A DNA stretch of 64,000 nucleotides from a virus. The stretch lies in IMG/VR virus record IMGVR_UViG_3300019776_000213, positions 1 through 64,000 of that record; one strand, given 5' to 3'. The number at the start of each line of letters is the position of its first letter. The stretch's first letter is position 1. The translations under genes and the position numbers were made by a program. The notes below the pieces were generated by a model. It saw only the letters and a list, made by a program, of their open reading frames with translations, did no database searches and was not told the origin of the DNA. Shown here in pieces: positions 41,561 through 50,766 of this stretch.

Positions 41561-41961
41561 TTTGAATCGTTTTCTACTGCTGCTTTTACTTGTTCAAACA
41601 ACCAGTAAAAGTCTGGATCAGAATATAACTCAAACAGAGCTTCTGGAGTATTAACATCATTGCCTTCATAGACCATATCAATACGGTCTGTACAAGCAAC
41701 TGCAAAATCAACATCATCTTTGCGAAGTTTTCCTACCGTCAATTCCGGAGGTGCAATCTTCTTTGACAACTTCTGTTGATCAAGAACACTCTTCAAGCGA
41801 CTATCATTGAAGTCGCGGTATTGCTTAGATGCCTTACCAAACAAATAAACATTAACTACTTTACCTTGATCATCTACCAAGTCTTCACCTGTTGTAGGGT
41901 GTTTAATAGCGACAGGTACTGAATTTGTTTTAGCTTTTAATTTTGAGATATCGAATGACAT
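41551..41961 (-). CDS. Tail assembly chaperone G
   Basis: Between tail tube and TMP; ends NFF. Confidence 0.85.
   Translation of the reverse strand: MSFDISKLKAKTNSVPVAIKHPTTGEDLVDDQGKVVNVYLFGKASKQYRDFNDSRLKSVLDQQKLSKKIAPPELTVGKLRKDDVDFAVACTDRIDMVYEGNDVNTPEALFELYSDPDFYWLFEQVKAAVENDSNFF
41554..41560 (-). other. Programmed -1 frameshift slippery site T TTT TTC
   Basis: AAT TTT TTC TAA at the end of chaperone G. Confidence 0.8.
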
Positions 41962-42020
41962 GTTATTTCCTTTATGTTAGAATACCTATCTTTGTAGGTT
42001 ATTTCTATTATTAAAATTAA

Positions 42021-42040
42021 GAGGGAGAATTAACTCCCTC
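42021..42040 (-). terminator. Terminator after major tail gene
   Basis: GAGGGAG..CTCCCTC then TTAATTTT. Confidence 0.65.
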
Positions 42041-42056
42041 CATAAGAACTACTTAG

Positions 42057-42509
42057 TTAAGGTGCAGGTACAAATACAATCTTGGAGTCAATTTCCAACT
42101 GGGCAGAACCAGCATGGATACTGTCAGAGTTGCCAATCTTGTCATGCAAGCTCATGATTTTGCATGTAAAATACTTAGTAGAGCCATTTTGATTGATGAT
42201 GCGGAAAGCCCAAGAATCATCAGAAGCTGATGCTGTTGACAATTGAATCTGACCAGCAGAGGTATCAACAATAGCGAAATCCATAGAGATAGAACCTTGA
42301 TCCAAGGAACCACGGAATTTCTTTTTAATACGTGTTGCCAAAGGCAAATGTTCAATTTTATTGTAAGTAGCACCAAAGTCACCAATGGATGTCACTTCAT
42401 CAATGATAACGTAAGTTTTAGCGCTAAAACCAGCAGCATCTTCAGTTGCTACGCCGGATGTTGTTGCAATAGATATACTTGAACCAGCAGAAGAGTTAAT
42501 AGTTGCCAT
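42057..42509 (-). CDS. Major tail (tube) protein
   Basis: EVTSIGDFG..KKFRGSLDQG..GQ..L; position. Confidence 0.85.
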   Translation of the reverse strand: MATINSSAGSSISIATTSGVATEDAAGFSAKTYVIIDEVTSIGDFGATYNKIEHLPLATRIKKKFRGSLDQGSISMDFAIVDTSAGQIQLSTASASDDSWAFRIINQNGSTKYFTCKIMSLHDKIGNSDSIHAGSAQLEIDSKIVFVPAP

Positions 42510-42524
42510 TTCTTATTTCCTTTA

Positions 42525-42878
42525 TTATTTAAATACTGTAACTTTTAAACCTGCTGCGCCAGACAATGTTACAGTGCCATTACCTGCCAAGTATGCAGAA
42601 ATCTTATCTAAGTTTACAAACTTGCAAACACCTGCTGCCAGAGTCACTGACAAACCTGCTGACAAATCCATAGTAGTGCCTGTAGCTGGAACAACATAAG
42701 CTGCACTAGGAGCAGAACCTTTGATAACTACTGTCAAGCTACCTGCTGTTTGATTATCCAATTCAACAAACTGATTAGCACCTGATACATAAGTCAGCGT
42801 ATCAGAAGCTGTAGCAACATTTACAGTTGCTGTACCAACACCATTAATAGTGGTGTCTGTAGATGTTAAGACTGCCAT
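42525..42878 (-). CDS. Small virion structural protein
   Basis: Beta-rich 117 aa before tail tube. Confidence 0.55.
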   Translation of the reverse strand: MAVLTSTDTTINGVGTATVNVATASDTLTYVSGANQFVELDNQTAGSLTVVIKGSAPSAAYVVPATGTTMDLSAGLSVTLAAGVCKFVNLDKISAYLAGNGTVTLSGAAGLKVTVFK

Positions 42879-42922
42879 TTATATTTCCTTTTAATTAATG
42901 CCTTACGGCTAGAATGGTAAAA

Positions 42923-43327
42923 TTATGATCCACTTTCATATCTATACCTGAAACGTATTGGAGTCACACCCCATTGCGCATCAGAAAGCGGGCTTTGTAT
43001 TGTTCCGGTGGATTCAATACTCACCTTCCCAGTTTTAGGAAATACTGGAAACCACTCAATCAAGCTTTGAGCAATCGTCTCAGCTTCTTTCGTACCGTTA
43101 CCATCTTTGTTGTAGATGTTTATCTGCATCGTTCCGTACATAGCGTAACGAACACCATTGATATTTTTGTTGACACTCGCAGAAGGAATGAGATATATTT
43201 CTAAGAATGTATTGTTGGGTTTAGTGAAAGGAACACCTTCAAAAGCTATAGGATATTTATCTCCTTGTGTAGCATTCCAATCTCTTAGTTTTTGCTCTAG
43301 TTCAAGGCGTATAACTCGTTGACTCAT
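42923..43327 (-). CDS. Tail terminator (DUF4128-like)
   Basis: IAFEGVPF..G.MQINI...G.G; position. Confidence 0.7.
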   Translation of the reverse strand: MSQRVIRLELEQKLRDWNATQGDKYPIAFEGVPFTKPNNTFLEIYLIPSASVNKNINGVRYAMYGTMQINIYNKDGNGTKEAETIAQSLIEWFPVFPKTGKVSIESTGTIQSPLSDAQWGVTPIRFRYRYESGS

Positions 43328-43340
43328 GTATTATATTCCT

Positions 43341-43769
43341 TTATAATTTAGCTTTAGCATTTGTCATTGCTTTTGCAACCATGCCGTAAGGAGCTGCATT
43401 TCTCCACCGAGGATCGTCAGTTGTTTTCCAACCAAGCATCTCAGCACGATAGGCATAAGATATATTATTGGTTAGAGTGACATCACCATCTTTGCGGAAA
43501 AAGTATTTAGCATTGACAAGACTATTAATACGGTCTAAGCTGTTAAAGCCGTAGTCATCTTTAGAGTCACCAGACTCGGATGAAAAGCCATTATTAGATG
43601 GATACCAATTATTGACAAGAACACCATCTGCATAAGGGGAGCCTTTAGCAGGGCTAGGAGTTCCATGCACAACATCTCTGAAAGTTTCAACTGCAAGTGT
43701 TGTTAACTTGGTATCAACTTCTGTAAGCAAGGCTTCTGTATTTTTTAATATTTGTTCGTAGAAGTCCAT
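43341..43769 (-). CDS. Neck/tail completion protein (HK97 gp10-like)
   Basis: TP..G.L.NNW..NNISYA.R.E..AP.GMV. Confidence 0.7.
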   Translation of the reverse strand: MDFYEQILKNTEALLTEVDTKLTTLAVETFRDVVHGTPSPAKGSPYADGVLVNNWYPSNNGFSSESGDSKDDYGFNSLDRINSLVNAKYFFRKDGDVTLTNNISYAYRAEMLGWKTTDDPRWRNAAPYGMVAKAMTNAKAKL

Positions 43770-43791
43770 GCTTATTATCTTTCAATGCGTG

Positions 43792-43819
43792 ATTATATCA
43801 GAAATTTCTTATATGTCAA
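43792..43819 (-). promoter_or_regulatory. Internal late-block promoter
   Basis: TTGACA-16-TATAAT with extended TG. Confidence 0.75.
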
Positions 43820-43834
43820 TATGTTTATGATGTT

Positions 43835-45010
43835 TTATGCTACTCGTTTATATAATGTTGTATATCCATAGCCACTATCAAGTTGTTTCCAGTTATCAAT
43901 GATATAAACTGGTATAGATAATGTAGAAGTGGTTGAAGATACTGTCTCAGCATTTGTAACAAGATAACCATTTGTTGATGTAAATGCTGGAGCACTTCCT
44001 ACATTAACTGTTGCACCAAGGTTAAAGGTTGGTACGTTGTCAGTTCCTGTAAAGGTATATAGGCTTGCAGAAGTGTTGGTGTATAGAACACAAGAGCCAT
44101 TAATGACAACTTTAGAACCTGTAGTATCTAATCCTGCAACTGGAAACGAAGCTCCATATTTCAATGTGACAGCTACACTAAAATTTACGGCATTATCTAT
44201 GCTGACTTTATAACTAGTGCCATTTAAGCAATAGAGATTAGTACCATCAGAGTATATCCAATTCCCAAAGTTTGCAGAGCCATTTTGTAATGCCCAAGTA
44301 GCGCCATCAGACGTTACATAAATGAAACCATCAGTTCCTAGTGCGTAAAATGACGTTGTAGGAGCATGATAAGTAATATCTTGGAAATGTATTGGAGTTG
44401 CTACTTCTACCCAACTATTCGCATTAGACGTTACATAAGCCACAGGAGAGTTTGATACAGTTGCCATTGTGACAGCAATACCTTTACCATTTCCTTCTGT
44501 GTATTGCATTCTTGCTATACTACTTGGTTGTGTGGTGTGAGTACCAGATATGAACCATCCAATACCTGTATTAGATACCCATCTTCCATTTGTTCCAAAA
44601 GCTATGTATTTAGAAAATAGCTTAGAATAAAACATTGAATCTGGTTTAGACCAAGTACCACTGTTAGTAGCATTACCTGCTGCAACAATTGTTACACCGC
44701 CGTCATCTGAGTATGAGAATACATTACCAGTTGTTCCTACTATGCGACTTGCAAAGTTTCCAGTTTTCCAAATTGTGTCTGGGCTAGAGCTTAATACGCT
44801 AGTTGTAGGATAGCTTGCAATAGCTGTAGCAGAAGATGGATACACTGCTGCTAAAGTGACTACACCAGTTTTAAGATACTTGTACGTACCTTCTGTAAGC
44901 ATTGGTTGACCGTACAATGACCCTATGATAAAAGAATCAATGGGTGTAGGAGCTGAGCCGGTGTTGCCAACTCCGCCAGAAGAAACTTGCTGCGGGTATA
45001 CATTTATCAT
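43835..45010 (-). CDS. Second beta-rich fibre/adhesin-like structural protein
   Basis: SDDGGVT, TSDGATW, SIDNAVNF repeats; ends resemble 32914-34185. Confidence 0.55.
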   Translation of the reverse strand: MINVYPQQVSSGGVGNTGSAPTPIDSFIIGSLYGQPMLTEGTYKYLKTGVVTLAAVYPSSATAIASYPTTSVLSSSPDTIWKTGNFASRIVGTTGNVFSYSDDGGVTIVAAGNATNSGTWSKPDSMFYSKLFSKYIAFGTNGRWVSNTGIGWFISGTHTTQPSSIARMQYTEGNGKGIAVTMATVSNSPVAYVTSNANSWVEVATPIHFQDITYHAPTTSFYALGTDGFIYVTSDGATWALQNGSANFGNWIYSDGTNLYCLNGTSYKVSIDNAVNFSVAVTLKYGASFPVAGLDTTGSKVVINGSCVLYTNTSASLYTFTGTDNVPTFNLGATVNVGSAPAFTSTNGYLVTNAETVSSTTSTLSIPVYIIDNWKQLDSGYGYTTLYKRVA

Positions 45011-45018
45011 GTTTATCC

Positions 45019-45288
45019 TTATTCTTGCACAAGCACAGAGCCATCTTTGTCATTTAAAGAGTGCGCCCATAATCCTGAAGCTCCTGCATCTACATATACG
45101 GTGGAGAGTGCAACTACTGGCATTCCAAAGGTAGAGTCTGTAGGAGTTGTAGCTTTGATAGCTAGTGTGATTGGCACAGTTCCTTTATTGGTTACTGCAA
45201 CCTTAGTACCTACTACAATAGAGCTTGCAGCATATAAGTCGATCCAAGTTTGTTTAGGAAGTATGATGTCGCTCTTTGTATCTGCCAT
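45019..45288 (-). CDS. Small structural protein
   Basis: 89 aa, beta-rich, precedes second fibre. Confidence 0.5.
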   Translation of the reverse strand: MADTKSDIILPKQTWIDLYAASSIVVGTKVAVTNKGTVPITLAIKATTPTDSTFGMPVVALSTVYVDAGASGLWAHSLNDKDGSVLVQE

Positions 45289-45339
45289 GTATTTATCGCC
45301 TTAATTCTATTATTGTATAAACGTATAACTATTTGTAGA

Positions 45340-45732
45340 CTAGCGTCTGAGGTGCAACTCGTACAGTACGTTATTCGTACCAGAAGGATTAACTTCCTTC
45401 ATGTTCATTATCTTATATTCTGTGTTGCCAACCTGAATCTTATCTATATTAGCTTTTACTTCTGGCGGAACTAAGCCTGAGCCAGTCTTCTCAATAGGCT
45501 GCATGAAACATTGCTTGTCACCAGCTAAGATAAGAGTGTTAAATTCTTGTTTCTCACCAGCACCCATTTGTGGGTACTCTGTGAGCAATACTTTTACATC
45601 AAACAGGAACTCATCAACAATGTTTTCACCATCTATATAAGTTCCATCTGAGTAAGTCTTTAAAGTAGCTAGTCCACCAAACATGGACATCATATTAGCT
45701 ACCACACCGTCAAAGGGAGATAGATAACTCAT
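45340..45732 (-). CDS. Head closure protein
   Basis: LILAGDK..EVNPSG...YELHLRR; position. Confidence 0.7.
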   Translation of the reverse strand: MSYLSPFDGVVANMMSMFGGLATLKTYSDGTYIDGENIVDEFLFDVKVLLTEYPQMGAGEKQEFNTLILAGDKQCFMQPIEKTGSGLVPPEVKANIDKIQVGNTEYKIMNMKEVNPSGTNNVLYELHLRR

Positions 45733-45734
45733 TG

Positions 45735-46151
45735 TTATACTCCGTCAGTGCCAGCAATGATAGCAAGTACTTCATCAGCAGTAAGACCTGCCCATGCACC
45801 TTCCCAATTATCTTTGAATGTAACAATAGGATTGACAGTGTTAGTCCCAGCGCCGTAGGGGATTGGAGACACATCTGACATATTTGGATTCAACATTATA
45901 TTTTTAATGTAATCCATGTAGTTCTTATAACCTTCACTGCCCCAAATTTCGATGAAAGAAAGGCGCTGGTGGGAGCGTTGAGATAAGATAGCTGCAATGT
46001 ACCCTGCACAAACTTTAGCAGACCTATTGATATTATTGTCGTTATCTGTTAAAGTTTGGTTCAATACAGCATCGGAAAGCAATGTTATGTCATTTACATC
46101 TCCAATTTTTAACCTAAGCTTACCTACGTTTGTTGTTGGATCAATGACCAT
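45735..46151 (-). CDS. Head-tail adaptor
   Basis: VGKLRLKIGD..LSD; follows MCP. Confidence 0.7.
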   Translation of the reverse strand: MVIDPTTNVGKLRLKIGDVNDITLLSDAVLNQTLTDNDNNINRSAKVCAGYIAAILSQRSHQRLSFIEIWGSEGYKNYMDYIKNIMLNPNMSDVSPIPYGAGTNTVNPIVTFKDNWEGAWAGLTADEVLAIIAGTDGV

Positions 46152-46248
46152 TGTGTTATCCTTGTGATTAATTATAAATCTCCTCATTAAAGTAACCTCT
46201 TACTTTATGTAAAAAGTTACTTTGTCAAGAGACTATTTTATATTACTT

Positions 46249-47277
46249 TTAGTTAGAAGTAGTCGCTGTAACTACCAAATTTGGTCTCAACAAGCATGAA
46301 ACATGGTTACTTTCGCTCTCAATTTGTATAGCAGTACCATTCAAAGCAGGTTGCTCGAAGTAGTACACTTGCTCACCAAGAGTATTTACCAGACCGAAAC
46401 GTTCTGCTGGTGCAAAGTAAGTCATGAATGCATCTGTACCAGTTGGCAAGAAGTAAGCTTCACCAGCATTCAACAAACGTACGCCGTTATAAGCATCACG
46501 CATTTCGATGAAACGTACACCCATATGGAAGAACTCACGATGGTAAGCTACAGCAGTGTTACCGTTTGCTGTCATACGTTGACGCAGAGGTTCTTGTGTA
46601 GATGTATAGTATTGGTAAGCCTGCTTGATTGTTGGATGGATAATCAGTTTAGAGAACCATTCTGGAGAGCACAAGCAAACAACACCAGTAATTGTAACCA
46701 TACCAGAGTTATCTTGAATAGCTGCAATAGCTTGTTCAATTTTAGCAGTGATTTCAGTTGTTGGCGTACCGAACAAGAAGTCGATAGATGTACGAGTTGC
46801 ACCGAATTCAGTGTTCCAGTCTTGTACCACTGTGCCGTTAGGCGCAAATACTGTACCAGAAACGATAGCTTGGGCACGAGCTTTTTCAAGAGTAGCTGCA
46901 TGAGACAAACGGATACGCTCCATTTTACGCATACGTACTGCTTCCATGCTATCGGCAGCAGACAAGTCTTCATACGCAGATTTACCTTGAATATCTTTTG
47001 GAAGAATTTGATCATCCAATGGGAAGTGAGGCACTGCGAATGTATGAATTTTACGAGAGTAATCTTTGTTTTGGTTAGAACGGTCGCCACGTACACGATC
47101 CAGAACGATACCAAAATCTTTATTGATCTCTTGGAAAGCAACTACTTGCTCTGCAACAGACTGTTCTTGGAAAATACCAAGTTGCCCAATAGTACCCCAT
47201 GTATTAGGGATAATATTAATTGCTCTCGTGTAATCAATTACATTAAAGGGCGAGTTAAAGTCACGAATGATAGACAT
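46249..47277 (-). CDS. Major capsid protein (lambda gpE-like)
   Basis: 342 aa; T.AINIIPN, PHFP..D.I, ESN..C..RP; follows decoration gene. Confidence 0.92.
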   Translation of the reverse strand: MSIIRDFNSPFNVIDYTRAINIIPNTWGTIGQLGIFQEQSVAEQVVAFQEINKDFGIVLDRVRGDRSNQNKDYSRKIHTFAVPHFPLDDQILPKDIQGKSAYEDLSAADSMEAVRMRKMERIRLSHAATLEKARAQAIVSGTVFAPNGTVVQDWNTEFGATRTSIDFLFGTPTTEITAKIEQAIAAIQDNSGMVTITGVVCLCSPEWFSKLIIHPTIKQAYQYYTSTQEPLRQRMTANGNTAVAYHREFFHMGVRFIEMRDAYNGVRLLNAGEAYFLPTGTDAFMTYFAPAERFGLVNTLGEQVYYFEQPALNGTAIQIESESNHVSCLLRPNLVVTATTSN

Positions 47278-47309
47278 TATATGTTTTCCTTTTTAATTGT
47301 TAGTTTATT

Positions 47310-47735
47310 TTAGTTTGTAGCTTCTACTAAAATCCCGACAGATTTCAAGGAAGCATAAGCTGCCAACTTCTGTGCATTAGTACTGAAACTTGCATCCAAC
47401 TTCAATGCCCCTAGACTGAGAACTACTTTACCGCGTGTCAGAGCCAGTACAGGAGTGTCTGTAGTAGCTGCGATAGCTGTATCTTGAGCCAGACCTGTTT
47501 TACCATCACCAATAAACACTGCTACTGGATTCTGAGAGCCATCTGCTGCTGCTTGTTTAGATACGATATATTTACCAGATGCTGTAATCTTGCCCAACAC
47601 TGTACCTACAGAGTATGTGACAGCAGAAGCTTCATTTACTGTCAGAACATCTGTAAATAGTTCTGGGTTATTAGGAGCATCATACTTTTTAACGAGATTA
47701 GATAAGCGGTTGCTATCTGTTGCAATAACTGCCAT
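47310..47735 (-). CDS. Head decoration protein (lambda gpD-like)
   Basis: GTVLGKITASGKY....ADGSQ. Confidence 0.85.
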   Translation of the reverse strand: MAVIATDSNRLSNLVKKYDAPNNPELFTDVLTVNEASAVTYSVGTVLGKITASGKYIVSKQAAADGSQNPVAVFIGDGKTGLAQDTAIAATTDTPVLALTRGKVVLSLGALKLDASFSTNAQKLAAYASLKSVGILVEATN

Positions 47736-47755
47736 TTTATATTTTCCTTTAAAGA

Positions 47756-48250
47756 TTATTTAGAATGATATTTTTCAGCGAGTTTTGCTTCAAGCGAACT
47801 CTGCGTATCTTCTACTTTGGACAAATCCACATCACCAGTGATACCAGCTTCTGTGAACATTGGAGATGCTGCTTCTTTCTCCATCGAGACAGCCATTGCT
47901 CCAACAATAGCTTCAAACTGTGCATCAGCAAGACCTTCAGTAGCTTCCAATAGAGCATCTGCTTTACCAGTGCCAACTGCTGCTACAATCTTTTCTTTAC
48001 GTGCTGCCAACTCTTTTTCTTTTGCTTGTGTTGCAAGCAACTGCTTAGCTTCTTCAGATTTATCTAAAGCTGCTTTGATCACTTCATAATCAGCAGAAAG
48101 TTTTGTGTATTTATCAGAAAGTTCTTGGAAGATACCTACTTGGTCTTCTAAGGATTTCTTGGTAGCTACAAGTTGATCGGAGAGTTCTGCTGCTGACATC
48201 TCTACATCACCTTGGTTGCTTTTCATAAATTTTTGGATGCCTTTAAGCAT
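47756..48250 (-). CDS. Scaffolding protein
   Basis: Coiled coil between protease and decoration genes. Confidence 0.7.
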   Translation of the reverse strand: MLKGIQKFMKSNQGDVEMSAAELSDQLVATKKSLEDQVGIFQELSDKYTKLSADYEVIKAALDKSEEAKQLLATQAKEKELAARKEKIVAAVGTGKADALLEATEGLADAQFEAIVGAMAVSMEKEAASPMFTEAGITGDVDLSKVEDTQSSLEAKLAEKYHSK

Positions 48251-49128
48251 TACATACTCCCTTTATTTTGTGAAACTACATATTTTACAAACTCTCGATT
48301 AGTCATAACCCCACTAACCAATTCATTGCTGAGAGATTGATCAGCATCAAATGTTGCTGCTTCAAAACCTCGAATGATCTTCGCATCAAGTCCAGTGTAC
48401 TTAGCAACATGCTCTACAAAAGAATTGTTCATTTTATCAACACTATCTTGAATTTCTTGCAAGAACTCTTTCTTGAAAGCTCCAGATTCATCGAATGGTA
48501 CTTTGTTAGCGCCAGAGGTAATATAGATACGTTTATATCCTTCTTCTTTATCATGTTCGCTCGTATCTAACAGAGCTACTACACAACCAATGCTTCCTGC
48601 ACAAGCTGTAGGATTGATGTATAATTCGTCGCACACACATGCAATTGCATAAGCTGCTGAGCAGGCAATTTCATCAATGTAGCCAATTAGCTTTACTCCA
48701 GCTTCATCACACATTGCACGAATGTTATTGGCTGTCTCAAAACAGTGTGCCGCCGAGCCGCCGCCAGAACTGAAATTGAGAATGATAGTTGTGTTACCAT
48801 CTTCAATAGCTTCTTCAACGTCTTCTTCAAGTTGCTGATAAGAAGTACCAACTAATCCGCACATCGTCATAACTGGTTTGTACGTCAGACTGCCACAAAC
48901 TTCAATCACTGTAACTGGAAGTGGAGACTCATCAAAGTCATCCATATCATCAGGTTCTTCTTCCTCATCCTCTTGTTCTTGTGGCATATCTGCTTGAGGA
49001 ACTAGGAGTTGAAGTCCTTCATTCCTCTTTTGTAGATAGCTAAGAATAGTTTCAAAAGATTGTGTATCAATCAGTTGTGGTGTGTTATACAAACTTGATG
49101 TAAGCCTTATTAGGCTATGATTTATCAT
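48250..49128 (-). CDS. Prohead protease, S49 family
   Basis: SSGGG, ACSAAYAIA, GSIGCV, SGANK. Confidence 0.9.
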   Translation of the reverse strand: MINHSLIRLTSSLYNTPQLIDTQSFETILSYLQKRNEGLQLLVPQADMPQEQEDEEEEPDDMDDFDESPLPVTVIEVCGSLTYKPVMTMCGLVGTSYQQLEEDVEEAIEDGNTTIILNFSSGGGSAAHCFETANNIRAMCDEAGVKLIGYIDEIACSAAYAIACVCDELYINPTACAGSIGCVVALLDTSEHDKEEGYKRIYITSGANKVPFDESGAFKKEFLQEIQDSVDKMNNSFVEHVAKYTGLDAKIIRGFEAATFDADQSLSNELVSGVMTNREFVKYVVSQNKGSM

Positions 49129-49140
49129 ATTTAAGGCTCC

Positions 49141-50643
49141 TTATGGCGCATTAGATTTATTAGCAACAGAGTTGTCTCGTGTGCTTGTTGAGTTAGAGCC
49201 ACCATTAAGTCCTCCAACATCTGTATTGAAGCTCTTACCTGTCTTAGTTTCTACTTGACCTGTATTGATTGCTTCTAAGTCTGGAGGAGCATTTTTATCT
49301 TTTTCTGATGCACCAATAGATTTACGAACAATATTCAATACTTCACGATCTACTTCTAACAGACCAACAGCTTTAACACGTTGCAGATAAGCTCCAAGAG
49401 AATCTAAATCTGGCTGCTCAATATCACTATAAACAAACTGAGCCATACGTTCGCAAGACCAACCGTTAGCTCTGTAGATATCCCGCATCAAGTCTTGATT
49501 CAAAGTTTCTTGTATTTCTTTTAACTTGGAGTCAATAGCAAGAGATAAGATAGATGTTTTGGATTCTGCAAGACTGTAACTACCACTACCAGAGCTACCA
49601 AGCTGCACAACGTCAACATTGAGAGCAGACAATATATACTGGCGTAATGTGTCGATTGCTTTTTGAGTGTCATATTTTGCTTTACCTTTGGCTTCCATTA
49701 GTTCATACTTGAACATAGGAAGTTTGGAATCAGGATCAATAAAGTTAGGGACTAACAAGCCTCGTTGAGTGCCAGCATTATAGTTATCAATAATTGTCTG
49801 GAAGGCTGCTGCTGTAGCTTTATCTTCAGGACTGGCATCTGGTGAAAGATATTTAGGAGGAATCTCAATTTTAAGAATACCTTGAACATCTTTGGTGATA
49901 CCTAACAGAAGGGACTCTTGCAACAATGTCATCTGCTTATAAGCAAGATAAACATTCTTGTAAATACTATTACCTTCTGGATTACCCTTTGTAGCATTTG
50001 TATTGAATAGAAGAATCTTTGATCTGTCCATTTCAATAAGACCACGATCATTCAATCTATCCATGAACAAATATGCACGTTCCATGTATTGCAGAGATTG
50101 CTGAACATTTAAGATTTCAGAGCCATCTGGAGAAAATTGCCAACGGCGTATTGTCTCAGGGTTACGAGTAGGTAACTTTTTAAGTCCTATTAACCCATCG
50201 TTGAACTTAGAACCATTCTTTAACAAGCGTCTGCGAAAGACTTTCTCATTAATTGCAAAACCATATTCTAAATAAGGAATAACTGATTCTATGAAATAGT
50301 TCCAACTATGTTCCATATCATGCATCATAGATTCTACGATATCTGCACGTTCTTTATCTCTTTCATCTGACTCTGGATGAGCCTCTACTCTCCAATTTAC
50401 CCTTGTCATCATAAACCTATAAACATTCATCGCTGTTCCAACCGTTGGGTTGTTTCGCATTTCGTTAATAGTTTTGATAAAGGCTGGATATCGAAAAGCT
50501 CGTTGCTGTTCTTCAAAGATATGACCATTTGTACTTCGTAGACCAATAAACCCTTGCTCTTTCATTTGGATTCGTGGTATAGTCACACCATCATCAGGAC
50601 TAGCAGCACTGACTACGCCATCTGGCGTGTTAATATCTGGCAT
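49141..50643 (-). CDS. Portal protein
   Basis: 500 aa after terL; YGFAINEKV, GNPEG, GSYSLAE. Confidence 0.88.
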   Translation of the reverse strand: MPDINTPDGVVSAASPDDGVTIPRIQMKEQGFIGLRSTNGHIFEEQQRAFRYPAFIKTINEMRNNPTVGTAMNVYRFMMTRVNWRVEAHPESDERDKERADIVESMMHDMEHSWNYFIESVIPYLEYGFAINEKVFRRRLLKNGSKFNDGLIGLKKLPTRNPETIRRWQFSPDGSEILNVQQSLQYMERAYLFMDRLNDRGLIEMDRSKILLFNTNATKGNPEGNSIYKNVYLAYKQMTLLQESLLLGITKDVQGILKIEIPPKYLSPDASPEDKATAAAFQTIIDNYNAGTQRGLLVPNFIDPDSKLPMFKYELMEAKGKAKYDTQKAIDTLRQYILSALNVDVVQLGSSGSGSYSLAESKTSILSLAIDSKLKEIQETLNQDLMRDIYRANGWSCERMAQFVYSDIEQPDLDSLGAYLQRVKAVGLLEVDREVLNIVRKSIGASEKDKNAPPDLEAINTGQVETKTGKSFNTDVGGLNGGSNSTSTRDNSVANKSNAP

Positions 50644-50720
50644 TGTAGCTCCTTGTTGCTAGTGAACATGAGATTGTTAATTAAAACAGAGTCTCATGTT
50701 ACATTTAATTTATGCTGCGG

Positions 50721-50748
50721 ATTATATCACAACTTTTCCATTTGTCAA
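50721..50748 (-). promoter_or_regulatory. Promoter upstream of portal
   Basis: TTGACA-16-TATAAT with extended TG. Confidence 0.75.
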
Positions 50749-50766
50749 TAGTTTTGTTGTAAATAA

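Noticed and set aside
46303-47313. 336-aa plus-strand ORF antisense to the major capsid gene
   Set aside because: Shadow frame of a codon-biased gene; no SD or recognisable motif
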